Origin: Camelus dromedarius
Taxonomy: Eukaryota
NCBI RefSeq assembly: GCF_036321535.1
Contig: NC_087467.1
Location: forward strand, 22,754,001 to 22,818,000
Direction: 5' to 3'
Length of the DNA stretch: 64,000 bases
How positions within the stretch are numbered: the stretch's first letter is position 1; the number at the start of each line of letters is the position of its first letter. A program made the translations under genes and the position numbers. Shown one piece after another: positions 38,190 through 49,984 of the stretch. Under the pieces are notes generated by a model that saw only the letters and a list, made by a program, of their open reading frames with translations, made no database searches and was not told where the DNA came from.

Positions 38190-39105
38190 ACTGAAAGAAT
38201 AAACAACTCTCCAATGAAGGCAGACAAAAGGCCAACAGGCACGTGAAAAGATGCTCAATGCTGCTAATTATCAGAGAAATGCAGATCACAACTACAGCGA
38301 GGTGTCACCTCACAGCAGCCAGAATGGCCGTCATTAAGAAGTCCACAAACAATAAATACTGGACGGGGTGTGGAGAAAAGGGAGCCCTCCTACACTGCTG
38401 GTGGGAATGCAGTTTGCTGCAGCCATTATGGAAAACAGTATGGAGGGTCCTCAAAACACTAAAAATAGACTTATCATATGGTCCAGCAAGCAATCCCATT
38501 CCTGGGCATCTATCCCAAGGGAACTCTTATTCAAAAAGATACCTGCACCCCAATGCTCACAGCAGCACTNNNNNNNNNNNNNNNNNNNNNNNNNNNNNNN
38601 NNNNNNNNNNNNNNNNNNNNNNNNNNNNNNNNNNNNNNNNNNNNNNNNNNNNNNNNNNNNNNNNNNNNNNNNNNNNNNNNNNNNNNNNNNNNNNNNNNNN
38701 NNNNNNNNNNNNNNNNNGGAGATTGTCATTCTAAGTGAAGTAAGACAAAGACAGATGTCCTCTGATATGACTTACATGTGGAACCTAAAAAAAAAGGACA
38801 CAAACTTATTTACAAAACAGAGACAGACTCACTGACATAGAAGACAAACTATGGTTATAAGGGAAGAGGTGGGAGGAGAGGGATAAACTGGGAGTTCAGG
38901 ATTTGCAGACACAAACTACTATATTTAAACTAGAGAAACAAGGCCCTACTGTAGAGCACAGGGAACCATATCCAACACTTTGTAATGGCCTATAATGAAA
39001 AAGAACATGAAAAGGAATATATATGTGTGTATGTATCACTGAATCACTATGCTGTACCCCAGAAACTAACACAACATTGTAAATCGACTCTACTTCAATT
39101 AAAAA
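38190..39105 (+). mobile_element. L1 ORF2 C-terminal part and 3' UTR interrupted by an assembly gap
   Basis: ORF 38243-38734 ([34 protein letters not shown]..) is L1 ORF2 C-terminal sequence; the tail ends CTACTTCAATTAAAAAA. Confidence 0.9.
38570..38717. other. Assembly gap (148 N)
   Basis: N run in the sequence. Confidence 0.99.
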
Positions 39106-39917
39106 AGAGAACTTGGATCAGTAAGCAAGTCAGCAGTTTGTCTGAAGTAAGAGTGTGTTTTTGAAAAGAGAAAAGGTTCCAGAGAATGTTTTAAAGCCGT
39201 TGAGCATTTAGGAAGAAAAACAGTCAGAAATGACCAACACCAGCGGAACCGTGGAGCCGGCAAGTCTGTCACTTCGTTTCAAAGGAGAAACAGGCGAAAT
39301 CCAGGAGGCGACTCAGTGTTTGACTTGCCTTCCTGATCAGCTTCTACATTGAAAACTGCAGACACGTGATGGTGGACGGCTTCTGACAGCCGCGTGTTCA
39401 CAGCAGAGGGTTTGTTTGTAGCTATTTTTCTCCTGCCGACTTGTGCTCCATGGTGGCTTTTTAAACACCGTGCTCCGGGATGAGAGTGGACACTTTGCTT
39501 TTTCAGTTTTCATCCAGCTAAGATCATGTCTGGGGAGAAGCCAACGGCAGGGGCAGGTTTCTGCCTATGGTTTGCAACCTCCAAGTTCACTGAAGTTGAG
39601 GAAGTTCAGAGAGACGGAGAACAGGGGAGGACGGACTTGCCTGACTGGAGGCTCAGGGCCATCCCACGAGGCTCAACCCCGTCGGCTCAGGTCACACGTG
39701 CACAGCGGGGCTGGCGGGGCTCGCGGGGCTGTGAGATTCTCTGCCCTTCTCCGCTGGCTTCCACATCCTTTCTCAAGGGAGACCCTCAGTGAAGATGCAT
39801 TACTTTGGTTTCATCTTCTGAAGATATTCCATGATTTTGTTCCAGAAATCTTTATTAAAATAGCACCCTGATTTTCAAAAATCTTTTTTTTTTCATATTT
39901 TTGTCTCACTCTCACAG

Positions 39918-39950
39918 CAACATAGAGATGCAGGGGGTTTATCCTCTCCA
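39918..39950 (+). other. Candidate plus-strand exon A (33 nt)
   Basis: Long pyrimidine tract ending ctctcacag; donor CCA|gtaagt. Confidence 0.3.
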
Positions 39951-41206
39951 GTAAGTCTCCCAGGCGCCCGCGGAACAGAACAGAGCACAACAGTACCCTG
40001 ACGGTGGCCTCACAGACACTCGGGGTTGCCGGGCTGCAGCCCGGGCTCGAGGGCTTCCGGACCACATCCTCCGATCACACTGCACACGCTGCCGGAACGC
40101 AAGTCTGCATGATTCCAAATTCAGGTTTGAAAACGTAGAGAAACTTCTTAAGCAAAACACAGTATACATACACCTAGAAACAGTGAGGGGAAATCTCAGC
40201 TATCAACTTGAAATTCAAAAACAAAGGTTAACCGAAAACATTAAGAGTTATGGACGGTGAGGGCCCTCTTCCTACGCAGAGCGCTGGTGCCTGGGAGGGT
40301 CGCTGGGAGCGGAGGGACTGCATCTTCCAGGACCGTCCTGTGACCCAGGTCAAGTCACTGACTGTCTGGTTCAGGGCGGGGGGGTACCTTTTTTTTTCCT
40401 GTAAAGGTAAGTTCTTTTGGCTCCTGGGCCATCTGGTTAGCACTGTCCCAGTCCGCCATTCAGTGACGGAGCAGCCATGGGAAACAGGCAGACAACGGAG
40501 CCTGTGGTCAGTGATGTTTCTCTACAAGACCAGGCAGATGCGGATGGCCCATGCCCATCACTAACCCGCTCATTCATGCCTCTCGTCCGCCCGCGTGGAC
40601 ATCAGCAAGAACGCCTTGAGCTGCATTTTGGAGGGTCTGTCGAGCATCGCTAGGCCACCACCACCGGGCGAAATTCTTATTAGAAGACCAAAAAGCTGGT
40701 GACTTGTAAAATTTTCCACTGAACTGTGGGAGACCTTTCTGCAGAAGTTGGTTTCATCAGGAAGGAGCTACGATTCTACTTAGCTAGCATCAAAGATTTG
40801 AATACCATGATATCACTAAACCAGGCAACGTCTCCAGCAAATAACAGACTCAGGCAATTTTAAACGTCCTAAGTAACGGCCTTGGTCTTGATTTAAACCT
40901 TTTCAAAATGGAAAGAAACATATTTGTAAGAATATATCGGTTTTAACAAAATTTATGGCATACCTGCTAATTTGATTCCTTGTAGCTTAAACTAGACTTT
41001 CCAAAGGTTTGGAATATGAGGCTATGATTTCAGAAGGTTCAGCTGTTAAATAATTGAGGAGATCACCCTAAAGCACGTTAAATCCAGCCTCTAACGACAG
41101 CCAGTGTGTCCGGACTTTCCGTGGGTCACACGCCGTGACTGAGGGCCCAGCAAAATTACTTTGCTCATAGACTGATTCCTTCCTATTTGATCTTCTTTTT
41201 TTTCAG

Positions 41207-41266
41207 GGATATTTGTTTTGGACGATGGCAGCCAAAGAAGACATGGATGTCAAAGAGTTTTGATGT
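41207..41266 (+). other. Candidate plus-strand exon B (60 nt)
   Basis: Acceptor tcttctttttttttcag-type tract; donor TGT|gtaagg. Confidence 0.3.
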
Positions 41267-41524
41267 GTAAGGATCCCCGCTGACGGGGCACCTGGGGGAG
41301 GGGGGAGCAGAGACTTCCTGGTCCTGTACCCTGAGCTCTCAGCCCAGCTCTGCAGCTGGGCCCCTCACTTTGTCGGTTTCGGTAACTGCCACTGCCTTTC
41401 TCCTTAGGTTGTTATCTGTGCACTAAGGACACGAGTGCAGGCCTTGAAGATTAGAACTGCAATCGTTGACAAAGCAACTGGCCTTTTCTCACGGATGCCC
41501 TGCCCCCACCACTTCCTGGCTGTG

Positions 41525-41705
41525 CCTTCTTCAGCAGCTTACTTAACCTCTCTGTGCTTTGGTTTCCTCATCTGTCAAATAAGGATATTACCACACTAGC
41601 TCTCACTGGGAGAGAAGATTAATGAGTGGGAGATGCATACAGTGTTTAGGACAATACTTAGCACGTGGCAAGTGCTCAATAAACATTCAGTGTTGCTGTT
41701 ATCAC
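41525..41705 (+). mobile_element. MIR SINE relic
   Basis: TTACTTAACCTCTCTGTGCTTTGGTTTCCTCATCTGTCAAAT..GTGCTCAATAAAC is the MIR core and 3' end. Confidence 0.85.
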
Positions 41706-41759
41706 CACCGTTGTTTTTAAAGCATTACCAGTGAGGCGGCTATGCACCGAGCTTCCAGC

Positions 41760-42180
41760 CTAGCGGACAAGAGACACCAACATACCAACGATGCTGCGTG
41801 ACCCGTGCCACCACAGAGGGGAAAAGGTGAGGTGGGAGCAAACAGCAGACCCCGAGGAGAGCCCGAGTGGTGCCTGAGGGTGGAGCGGGTGCCAGCCAGG
41901 CGAAGGGGGAGGTGGGGGACCCAAGGCACCGACAGAGACGAGAAAGGTCAGGGCGAGGAGCCTTGGAGATGCTGAAAGGCGCTGTTCAGCAAGCCTGAAA
42001 CAGGGCTGCAGAGAATGAAGCCGGAGGCCTGGGAGGGGCGGCTGTGAAGACCCTGCCAACCTGAGGAAGAACTGTGGTTTCCATCCTGACAGTGATGGGA
42101 GCCAGAGAAGCGATTTAAGTGGGAAACTGAGTGCCGTTTCCTGTGAGAAGGGCCGTTCTGGCTGCACCTGCCTCCCCTGG
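41760..42180 (-). mobile_element. L2 relic
   Basis: GATGGGAGCCAGAGAAGCGATTTAAG..TTCTGGCTGC resembles reverse L2 3' sequence. Confidence 0.45.
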
Positions 42181-42429
42181 ACACGCAGAGCAGGAGGCTG
42201 GGAGGCGGGGGGGGGGGGGGCTGCAGCAGGGCCCCCTCACCCGGGGCGCCGGGCTTGGCCTGGGGACTCAGGACTCAAGGGAAGCGGGCAGGGGTGGGGC
42301 AGAGGACGCGGATCTGTGAACACGTAGCAGGTGACTCCCACACCAGCTGAGTTTATTACTGTTATGAAAATACTCACTTACTCAATCCACTAAGTTAAAA
42401 GTGTAATAAAAAAAAGTTGAGGAACGGTG

Positions 42430-42720
42430 CATTACGGTGTTACGTCACTGACAACATTAAAGCAGCAAAATATTCCACCTGACCTACAAAGAACCTGAGA
42501 AGGATGCTGCTCTGGCCCGGGGTCGGGGGGGGGGGGGGGCGTGCCTCTGCTGGAAACAGCTTTCACTGCAACGCTCGCAGGCACCAGGCGGGACCCTGGG
42601 GCGGGGGCTCGGTACCCAGAACCTCGGCGCAGAGGCCCAGGGCTGGGGACGCAGCCCGGGACGGGGCCCAGGGGCCCCCAAGTCACGTCACGCAGCGCTG
42701 ACCCCCTGGCCCGGGCTGGC
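42430..42720. promoter_or_regulatory. GC-rich patch with two bZIP (CRE/UPRE-like) motifs and a G15 tract
   Basis: TTACGTCA at 42440-42447; TCACGTCA at 42683-42690 (reverse TGACGTGA); G15 at 42525-42539. Confidence 0.3.
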
Positions 42721-43151
42721 CTCTCGCGTCTCGTGCTTTCTCATACTATTTTGATGACAAACATTTAGAGCGATTTTGGTCACAAACAACAGAAGACCCA
42801 CTTCTAATGGAGCCTGGGGCAGAAGTGGACCCAGGGTCCGCTGAAGCCCTTGGCAGCCGAAACCTGAAGGAAACCTGAGGGCTGTTCCGGGCGGGCCTCG
42901 GAGCTCGTGCAGGCTCTGCTCCAGACGCTGCAGTAGCGTGACCTTCTCAGCAAAGCGAGGCGCAGGGCCCTCCGGCTCCCCGGCGCTCACACGAGCTACG
43001 TTCACACCAGGCTGTGGTCCAGCAACAGCCCGCCGCCTGAAAGAACGGCGCACACACCTCAACCTAGAAGTACCTCATTGCTAAAAAGAAGAACGCCAAC
43101 CATCAGCGGAGCCTCCACTGAGCCAGAATCTTCCTGCAACTGCCCCATCAA

Positions 43152-43363
43152 AGATCACTGGTCACAGGTCATCATAACTAACATCCTAGTGATGAGAAAG
43201 TTTGAAATATTGCGAGAATGACTAAAATGTGACACAGAGACGCAAGCGAGCAGATGCTGTTGGAAAAATGGCCCTGACAGATTTGCTCGACACAGGGTTG
43301 CCACAACCTTCAATTTGTAAAATACTCTGTCTGTGAAGCACAATGAAGCCAGGTGTACCTGTA
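43152..43363 (+). mobile_element. Tigger1 3' terminal fragment (TcMar DNA transposon)
   Basis: AAAGTTTGAAATATTGCGAGAAT..GCTGTTGGAAAAATGG..CAGGGTTGCCACAACCTTCAATTTGTAAAA..AGGTGTACCTG followed by TA matches the recalled Tigger1 end. Confidence 0.85.
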
Positions 43364-43366
43364 CGA

Positions 43367-43955
43367 AGAAGGAGGTGACCCCGGTGTCCACGGCAGCACT
43401 AGTCACAACAGCCAAGACGTGGAAACAACCGGAGTGTGCACCGACAGATGGCTGGATGAAGCAGCTGTGACACATAAGGTGTATGTATACAAAATGGAAT
43501 ACCACCGACGTATAAAGAAGACTGAACAACGCCATTTGCAGCAACTTGGATGGACTTAGAGATGATCATATTGAGTGAAGTAAGTCAGAGAAAGACAAAT
43601 ATCATATGTTTTATGTGGAATCTAAAAAAGATGGTACAAATTCTATCTACAAACCAAAACCAGACTTACGGACATAGAAGACAAACTGTGGTTACCAAAG
43701 GGGAAAGGGGAGAGAGGGATAAATTAGGGGTTGGGGATTAACAGACACACGTTACTGTATATAAAATGGATAAATAACAAGGACCTACTGTACAGCACAG
43801 AGAACTGTATTCAATTTCCTGTAATAACCTATAATGGAAAAGAATCTGAAAAGAAAAAATACATGTATGTATATGTATAACTGAATCACTCTGCTGTACA
43901 CCTGAAATGAACATTGTAAATCAACTGCACTTCAACAGAAAATGGTTTTTAAAAA
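43367..43955 (+). mobile_element. 5'-truncated cetartiodactyl-type L1 3' end
   Basis: GGATGGACTTAGAGATGATCATATTGAGTGAAGTAAGTCAG..CAAGGACCTACTGTACAGCACAG..ACTTCAAC. Confidence 0.9.
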
Positions 43956-44893
43956 AAGGAGGGGTGAGCCGAAAGCAGTGCTGCCACGGTAAGCCTGATT
44001 CCGAGGCCGCCACTGCTGGCTGAGGGTGGACAGGAAAGTCTGACTCAGACTTGGGAGGTGTGAAGTCAGCCAACCTGAAGGACAGCCCTCACGCTTTCTG
44101 GATCAAAAGTGCCTTCTCCTCTCGTCAGTGACTCTCGACTTCTGGAGGGTTAATAACCAGCTTCAGACATGTTGAAACCTATGGGCCCTCTACCGCAAGG
44201 AGAAATTGCCCATGAATGCATACAGACAAAATTTCACTTAGGATTTCAGGGGGTCGTGAATTCCAAAGCCCACTCACAGACTAACTCAAGGTTCGTGCTC
44301 TGATTTCCTGGGCAGGACCCTCCAAGTTCCTTTCAGCAGGTCAGTCACGTAAATAGAACCTAAGCTGCTGGCTGAGAAATACTGTCGTTTGACCCAGACG
44401 TCCCGACACCCGTGTTCCTACAAGAGGTCTATCCACTGAGCTAGAACCCTACATTGCACGAGAAAATAGTATGTTTTCCACCCTTTTAGCTGGTACTTAA
44501 AGTATTTTCAAACTCCTTCCATCAACACTCCCAAGCGCCCTTTCCAGGAGTGAGATCAAGTGAAGTGCCCACGATCCGGCCCCTCCAAACGTTGTCGGAA
44601 CCATCTCAGAAGCAACACGCATGGGTCAAGAGACTGCCAAGCCCCGCTCAAGGTCCCCTACCTTCCACAGACGACTTGGGCTGTGTGCATGGACGCTGCC
44701 CTGATCGATCACGTGCACCAGGTTCCAACCTCTCGCCCCTGAGTTGGATTTACGCCCTGGGCGTTCAGTGAGGCTCACCACTGACGGCCCGTGATGACTG
44801 TCACCTCAGGGGGCTTGGGCTCAGGGACCAGTGTTGCTTCTGCTGTGATGAAGCCCTTTGTCTCCAATCCAGCAGCCTCGTGTCTTCTGTTAG

Positions 44894-44937
44894 CTTCCAT
44901 GGAACTGTGATGGCCAAGCTGTTAGCCAGAGAGCGGG
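44894..44937 (+). other. Candidate plus-strand exon C (44 nt)
   Basis: Acceptor tgtcttctgttag; donor GGG|gtgaga; phase-compatible with exons A and B. Confidence 0.25.
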
Positions 44938-46169
44938 GTGAGATCTCAAAACTGTCACCATTTTGGACACCATGCTCCTCATTTCGAGAACCACATATGA
45001 TCAGAGAATATATTGCCTGTAAAAAGTGATCCTTTGCTTAAAAATGGCTTGCATTTTGCATTTGATGATAAGAATTATGGGTCCATCATGGTTTTTTCTT
45101 CTTTGCCTTGGCTACTAGGAAGCTCAACAGTAAATTAAAATTCAGTTGGAAAAACTACATGAGCATAAGCTTAGGAGTAATTACCTTTCACTTGTTGTGT
45201 ATCATTTTCATGTTAATATATCTATTTTCTTCTGGTAAACTGGTAAACGTCGGTGTGAAAAGGCCACTTTCTTCATGCAAGTGCCACATAAATAAGCAGT
45301 CCAGAATGTGGGTAACCCAGCCTATTGCAGTATCTAACCATGACTTAAATGATTATTTCTATTGAAAGACACAACCCAAGGGCCACAAGCCCTCTCCTTT
45401 CAGAACAAGGACTCTGTGTACCCGGAGTCCCCAGTAAGTCCGTGAAGCCGTCCAGAGTTCAGCCCTTTTAGAGCAGAAGGGCCAGCACCACGGCCCGCCC
45501 GCCACCCAGATAAGGTCCCATCTACAAGGGACCATCCCCACCACGGACGCCCTGGCCCTGCGTGGGCACCGGGACGCTTCCCTGGGCCTGGACGGCAGAG
45601 AGAGAACTCCCAGGTCATGCGAAGGGAAAAGGCAATTCTGAGTAGTTTCAGTGTTTTGGGTTTCGAGATGTAGGCGTGTATAGTATCTCTTCTGAACATA
45701 CCTGGTCTCTCCCAGAAGAAGGGTGCAGGGGGGGGGGGGGGTAGGGCGATGAACCATTGAACCAGAAATTATGAATCTAGTTCCTTGAGAATAAAAGACA
45801 AGTTATGCCCTCAAGGGGCCCATCAAAGGAACCAAATATTTAGCGAAGACAGTCCTTTCTGAGCCTATCCCTCAGCCTGTTTTCTTTAAAGAAGCAAACA
45901 TTAGTCCTAGGATCCCAGAATATGAGGTCCATGGTGACAACTGCCACAAAGGGGACAGTAGGACTTAACGGCATATTTACTGGGGAGTTGAGTCTAGTCT
46001 GGGAGCACAGGGGAAGCTTCTGGAAGGAATGGCCCCACACGGAGATCAGAAGGGTGAACGCAAGTTAATAAATGAGGCGGAGGAGTTCAGCAGAGGCCCT
46101 GAGCAAAGTGAGAAATCCAATCGAGATGATTGGATTGCCTCATCCAGTCTCTATCCTGACAACCATTTA

Positions 46170-46284
46170 TTGAATTTTTAATCTTTTTAATTTTCTTTTT
46201 TTTTTAATGGAGGCACTGGGGATGGCACCTAGGACCTCGTGCATGCTAAGCACACATTCTACCACTGAGCCACACCCTCCCCCC
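46170..46284 (-). mobile_element. Camelid-type tRNA-Ala-derived SINE
   Basis: T-tail followed by AATGGAGGCACTGGGGATGGCACCTAGGACCTCGTGCATGCTAAGCACACATTCTACCACTGAGC. Confidence 0.9.
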
Positions 46285-46366
46285 TGAACTGAATTCCTCC
46301 CCAGGTGAGGCACCAGGAAGACAAGCGTGAAGGAGTAAGCATCTGCTTCCTCAAGGAACCGCAGGC

Positions 46367-46481
46367 CATGAATATATGTATATCCATGTATGACTGAAAA
46401 ATTGTGCTGTACACAGAAATTCACACGACATTGTAAACTGACTATAGCTCAACAAAATAAAAAAAAAAATAAAATAAAATA
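46367..46481 (+). mobile_element. Very short L1 tail with 14-bp TSD
   Basis: AAGGAACCGCAGGC (46353-46366) and AAGGAACCACAGGC (46482-46495) flank an L1 terminus with an A-tail. Confidence 0.85.
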
Positions 46482-49400
46482 AAGGAACCACAGGCAGACA
46501 GAGAGACAAGTAAAGAGGCAGTTACGACAGACCAGAAGCATGCGCTGATTTGAGGTCGTCATGGGCACTGGGGGGGCCGAGGGGAGAGGCCAGACTCAGC
46601 TCTGGGGATTTGCAGAAGGCTCCCTGAATGTGCTGGTCTCCCGCCCAGCTCCCCAAGGCTCGACCTCTTCTGGTCGCTCTCAGCACCTCCTTTATCCCCG
46701 AGGCGTCCAGCCTGATGTGACCTGCAGGCTTGCCTTGGACGTGAGTGGGCACATCCCTGACAACCTGTTCATTTAGTTTTACGGGATGCATCACCTGCCC
46801 ACATGCGTGCCCACGGTTCACTGATGTAACCGGTAAACCACAGCTAGAAGACAGGTCTCACGATCTGCGCTCGGGAGACAAAGTGGGGGACCTGACGCTT
46901 CCAGCAGGAGCCGCGTCTACAAGTAGAAACAACGACCGCTTCATTTTCGTGTGGAGCTTCATACACTTCTATTTCCTTCAAAATGTACAGGGCACAAAAC
47001 AGGCCTGGGCCACAGGATGTTCCCGGGCTTACAAGCAAGAACAACGATCCACGGCGTGTCTCCAAGTGTCCTGCCGATGGTGATCTTTCACTAAAGTGCT
47101 GCTGGGCCACTGGTTTGGAGTGCCCACCCCACCTCCAGGCAGGTGCCCACCTGGTCCTCACCCAGCTGGCTTGGCTTCCACACCAGAAGCCCTGGCACAC
47201 GAGGTTAAAACTGCGGCCACACCAGCCTTGGGACAGGGACATAAATGGTGCTTTGGGTAAATCACGAAGCAGATTTCCAGAGGAACTCTTCCTGTCCCCG
47301 CTGAGGTCCCACGTGGGTGTGAAAGCCACAGAACGCCGTCCACCCTCCTGCCCCCGTGCACCCTGGCGCAGGCCCGCTGCTCACCTTCGCTGGGGGGTGT
47401 CACCAAGCTCCGTGATGGTCTTGTGACGCCCACTCTTTGCTTTGGCTCCTGGAGGTTCACCGTTTGAAGCCTTAACCTTGTTCTGGATGGACACCACGAC
47501 CAACGATCACAATCTACGCTGTTTCCATCCTGCGCTCTGAACTCGATGGCGCCCATCCAAGCCAAGCCTCAGCCCCGATTTCCTCAACATTCGGTGCACG
47601 TCTGTAAGCCTGAGGGAACCTCCCAGCTAACCCGGCTTGAATCTCAGGTCTCCTTACCCACACTTCACACAGCCCTGCTTTTAAAGCCGGCAAGCCTGCA
47701 GCAGACACTCAAGAATCCTCCACTTGTCTTGGAGGTAATTTCCAAACCGTTTGTTTAAAAGTAGAAGGAGAAAGATGGCTTGGCGATTCAGATCGAGTAA
47801 GCTTCCTAGGACTCTGATATCTGGGCGTCCATATCCGAAGCTGCAGCAGCTCGTCAGCGAAGGTGGAGCTGTGTATGCTGACCCACACGTGCAGAGGAAC
47901 AGAAATCCTCCCCTAAAGTTTCTTTGAGAGCTTAGTGATGCAGTTTGCTACACGTTCTCCCTCACTTTCTGTAGCAAAAGTCACATTCTGCTTTTAAATA
48001 CAATACTCCAATGCTTTCTATGTATTTCATTTGTAGGAAAAAAACAAAAACAAAAACTCGCGTATATGCATGCAAAAAAACCCCAGGGGCAATATTTGTA
48101 TGTGGCAATGTGTTGCGTAGTTCTGATCGAGACACTGCAGAGTTAACACCACCTGTGAAAAACGTTGGCTCTGCAAGAATGTTTATATTGTACGTACAGG
48201 AGGAATACGTCACGTATATGACACCCTGTAAATGTAATACAGAAAATTAGCACAAAGGCATTTGCACAGTGGAAGCTTGTATCTCTCTCTCCTGCGCGGG
48301 GTCCCCAGATTCGACTTCATCCCCGAAGCGCTGGGCAAGGATGCGCGTTAAGTCCTCGTACAAACTCGTACAGTCCCGTACAAACTCTCAGACACAAAGC
48401 AGGGAAAGACCGCATTGGCTTCCTTTCCTGACGTTTGCTAAAGCACCTGGGGCACCCTGGGGCGCGTAGGCAGGAGCTGCTGGCGACAGGCCTCGGGCCA
48501 GATTCAGAGTGCAGGGAAGGTGTGGCCTCCGCCCCCGCCCAGCCTAACAGAAAAGCGTGCCGGGCGCTCGCCAGCAGGTGCGGCTTCCTGCTACGTGCAG
48601 AGGCTGTGCCGGAGCTGGTCCGGCCTGCGGTTCAGATGTGCAGGGACAGGATAAACAGAGAGGAACGGGGGGGTTGTTTGAGGGATCGAGGTGGCCAGGC
48701 CACCCGGCCAAAGCTTGAGTCACGTGCAGGGAAAACAGAAAGGGAAGAGGCCTGATAAGTCCACGTACATTACAGGCTAAAAGCAAACACCGCTTTCAAA
48801 GAAGGTTTAGAAACTGGTGTGGGAGGGGGACCTGTCTTAGCACAGCCAGCCTGTCGACACAAACACCACTGTTCTGACTGCGAACTACGTGGCCTTCTGT
48901 CCCACTCAGAGGTGCAGGAACCAGGCTAGACCCTGGCCCGTCCTCCTGCGTGGAGGCCCCAGGGGGCCACTGTCCTTACCAAGGCTTTGTAGATTTTGAA
49001 TCTGAGTTTTCCATTCACAAATCAGGCAGCAAGTCGAAATGCTGATTTTTTAATTTAATGAGTGATCCTGGAAGGAGTTCGCCTCCTGGAAGGTACAGCG
49101 GGATCCCACGTGGCTGAGTCACGGCTGTGTCTCTCTGTCTTCGTTCATCGCCCGTCTGCTGCTGCTCCCCGAGCCCGGCACCATGGATGCCGGCTGCACC
49201 CTCATCCTGTGTCCCCCTACGGAAAGGAACACTGCGCTTCAAGAGCTGCAGGAGCCGTGGGCTGAAGGACGCACCCGGTTCTGAGGTGCGAAATGGGACA
49301 GCGTCCAGGACTCAGCATCCAGACTATCTCATTTCCCGCTTGTTTCCAGTTTAACACATTCCACGTCCCGACGTGTTCAGAGTTGGGAGTTGACTGGGTC

Positions 49401-49629
49401 TGTCTTTCTGTCGAGGAAGTTTGTTCCAGAGGTGACTCAAGTACGTCCGTCTCTACTTCTCAAGGGCAAGGATGGCTACCTTATTTTTGCTCTTTTTCTT
49501 TCTCCATACGGTATATGAGACTAGTAGTAAGTCTCACCTCGTGTGACGTTCGCAGCTCCTGAATACACTCTTACACTTGAAATTCACCAAACTCTCTGTT
49601 GAGCAACCCACCAGTCTTTGAGGCATAAA

Positions 49630-49830
49630 ACTTTTCATTTTTTAAAAAAAATTGAAGTATAGTCGATGGACAGTGCTGTGTTAGTTCCTGGCGTACAGCA
49701 CAGGGATTCAGTTACACACACACACACGTGTATATTCCTTTTCACGTTCTTTTTCATTATAGGTTATTACACGGTGTTGAATATAGTTCCCTGTGCTCTA
49801 CAGTAAGGCCTTGTTGTTAAACTTCCCATT
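49630..49830 (-). mobile_element. Short L1 3' end
   Basis: ATTGAAGTATAGTCGATG..ATATAGTTCCCTGTGCTCTACAGTAAGGCC; possible TSD AAACTTTTCATTT / AAACTTCCCATTT. Confidence 0.85.
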
Positions 49831-49984
49831 TGTATATTTTTGAGGAGGAGTGAGGGGTGAGCGGCAGAGAAGCAGACTTGCTAGGAGCCCTCCACTTCCC
49901 ACGGCCCCGAACTCCACGGCCCTCCCCTCACACACACCCTTCAGAGCTGACCCGATCGTTTCAGTGAGAAAACAGCTGCAATCG

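Noticed and set aside
38243-38835. ORFs at 38243-38835, 23950-24384, 26395-26673 and 43353-43741 as host genes
   Set aside because: They are L1 ORF2/3' UTR remnants, partly spanning N gaps.
34368-43062. Assigning a gene name (EFCAB6 from the MCKM start; KIF25 from ..QSLHELRG)
   Set aside because: Matches are only 4-5 residues; no EF-hand or kinesin motor motifs are found anywhere in the ORF track.
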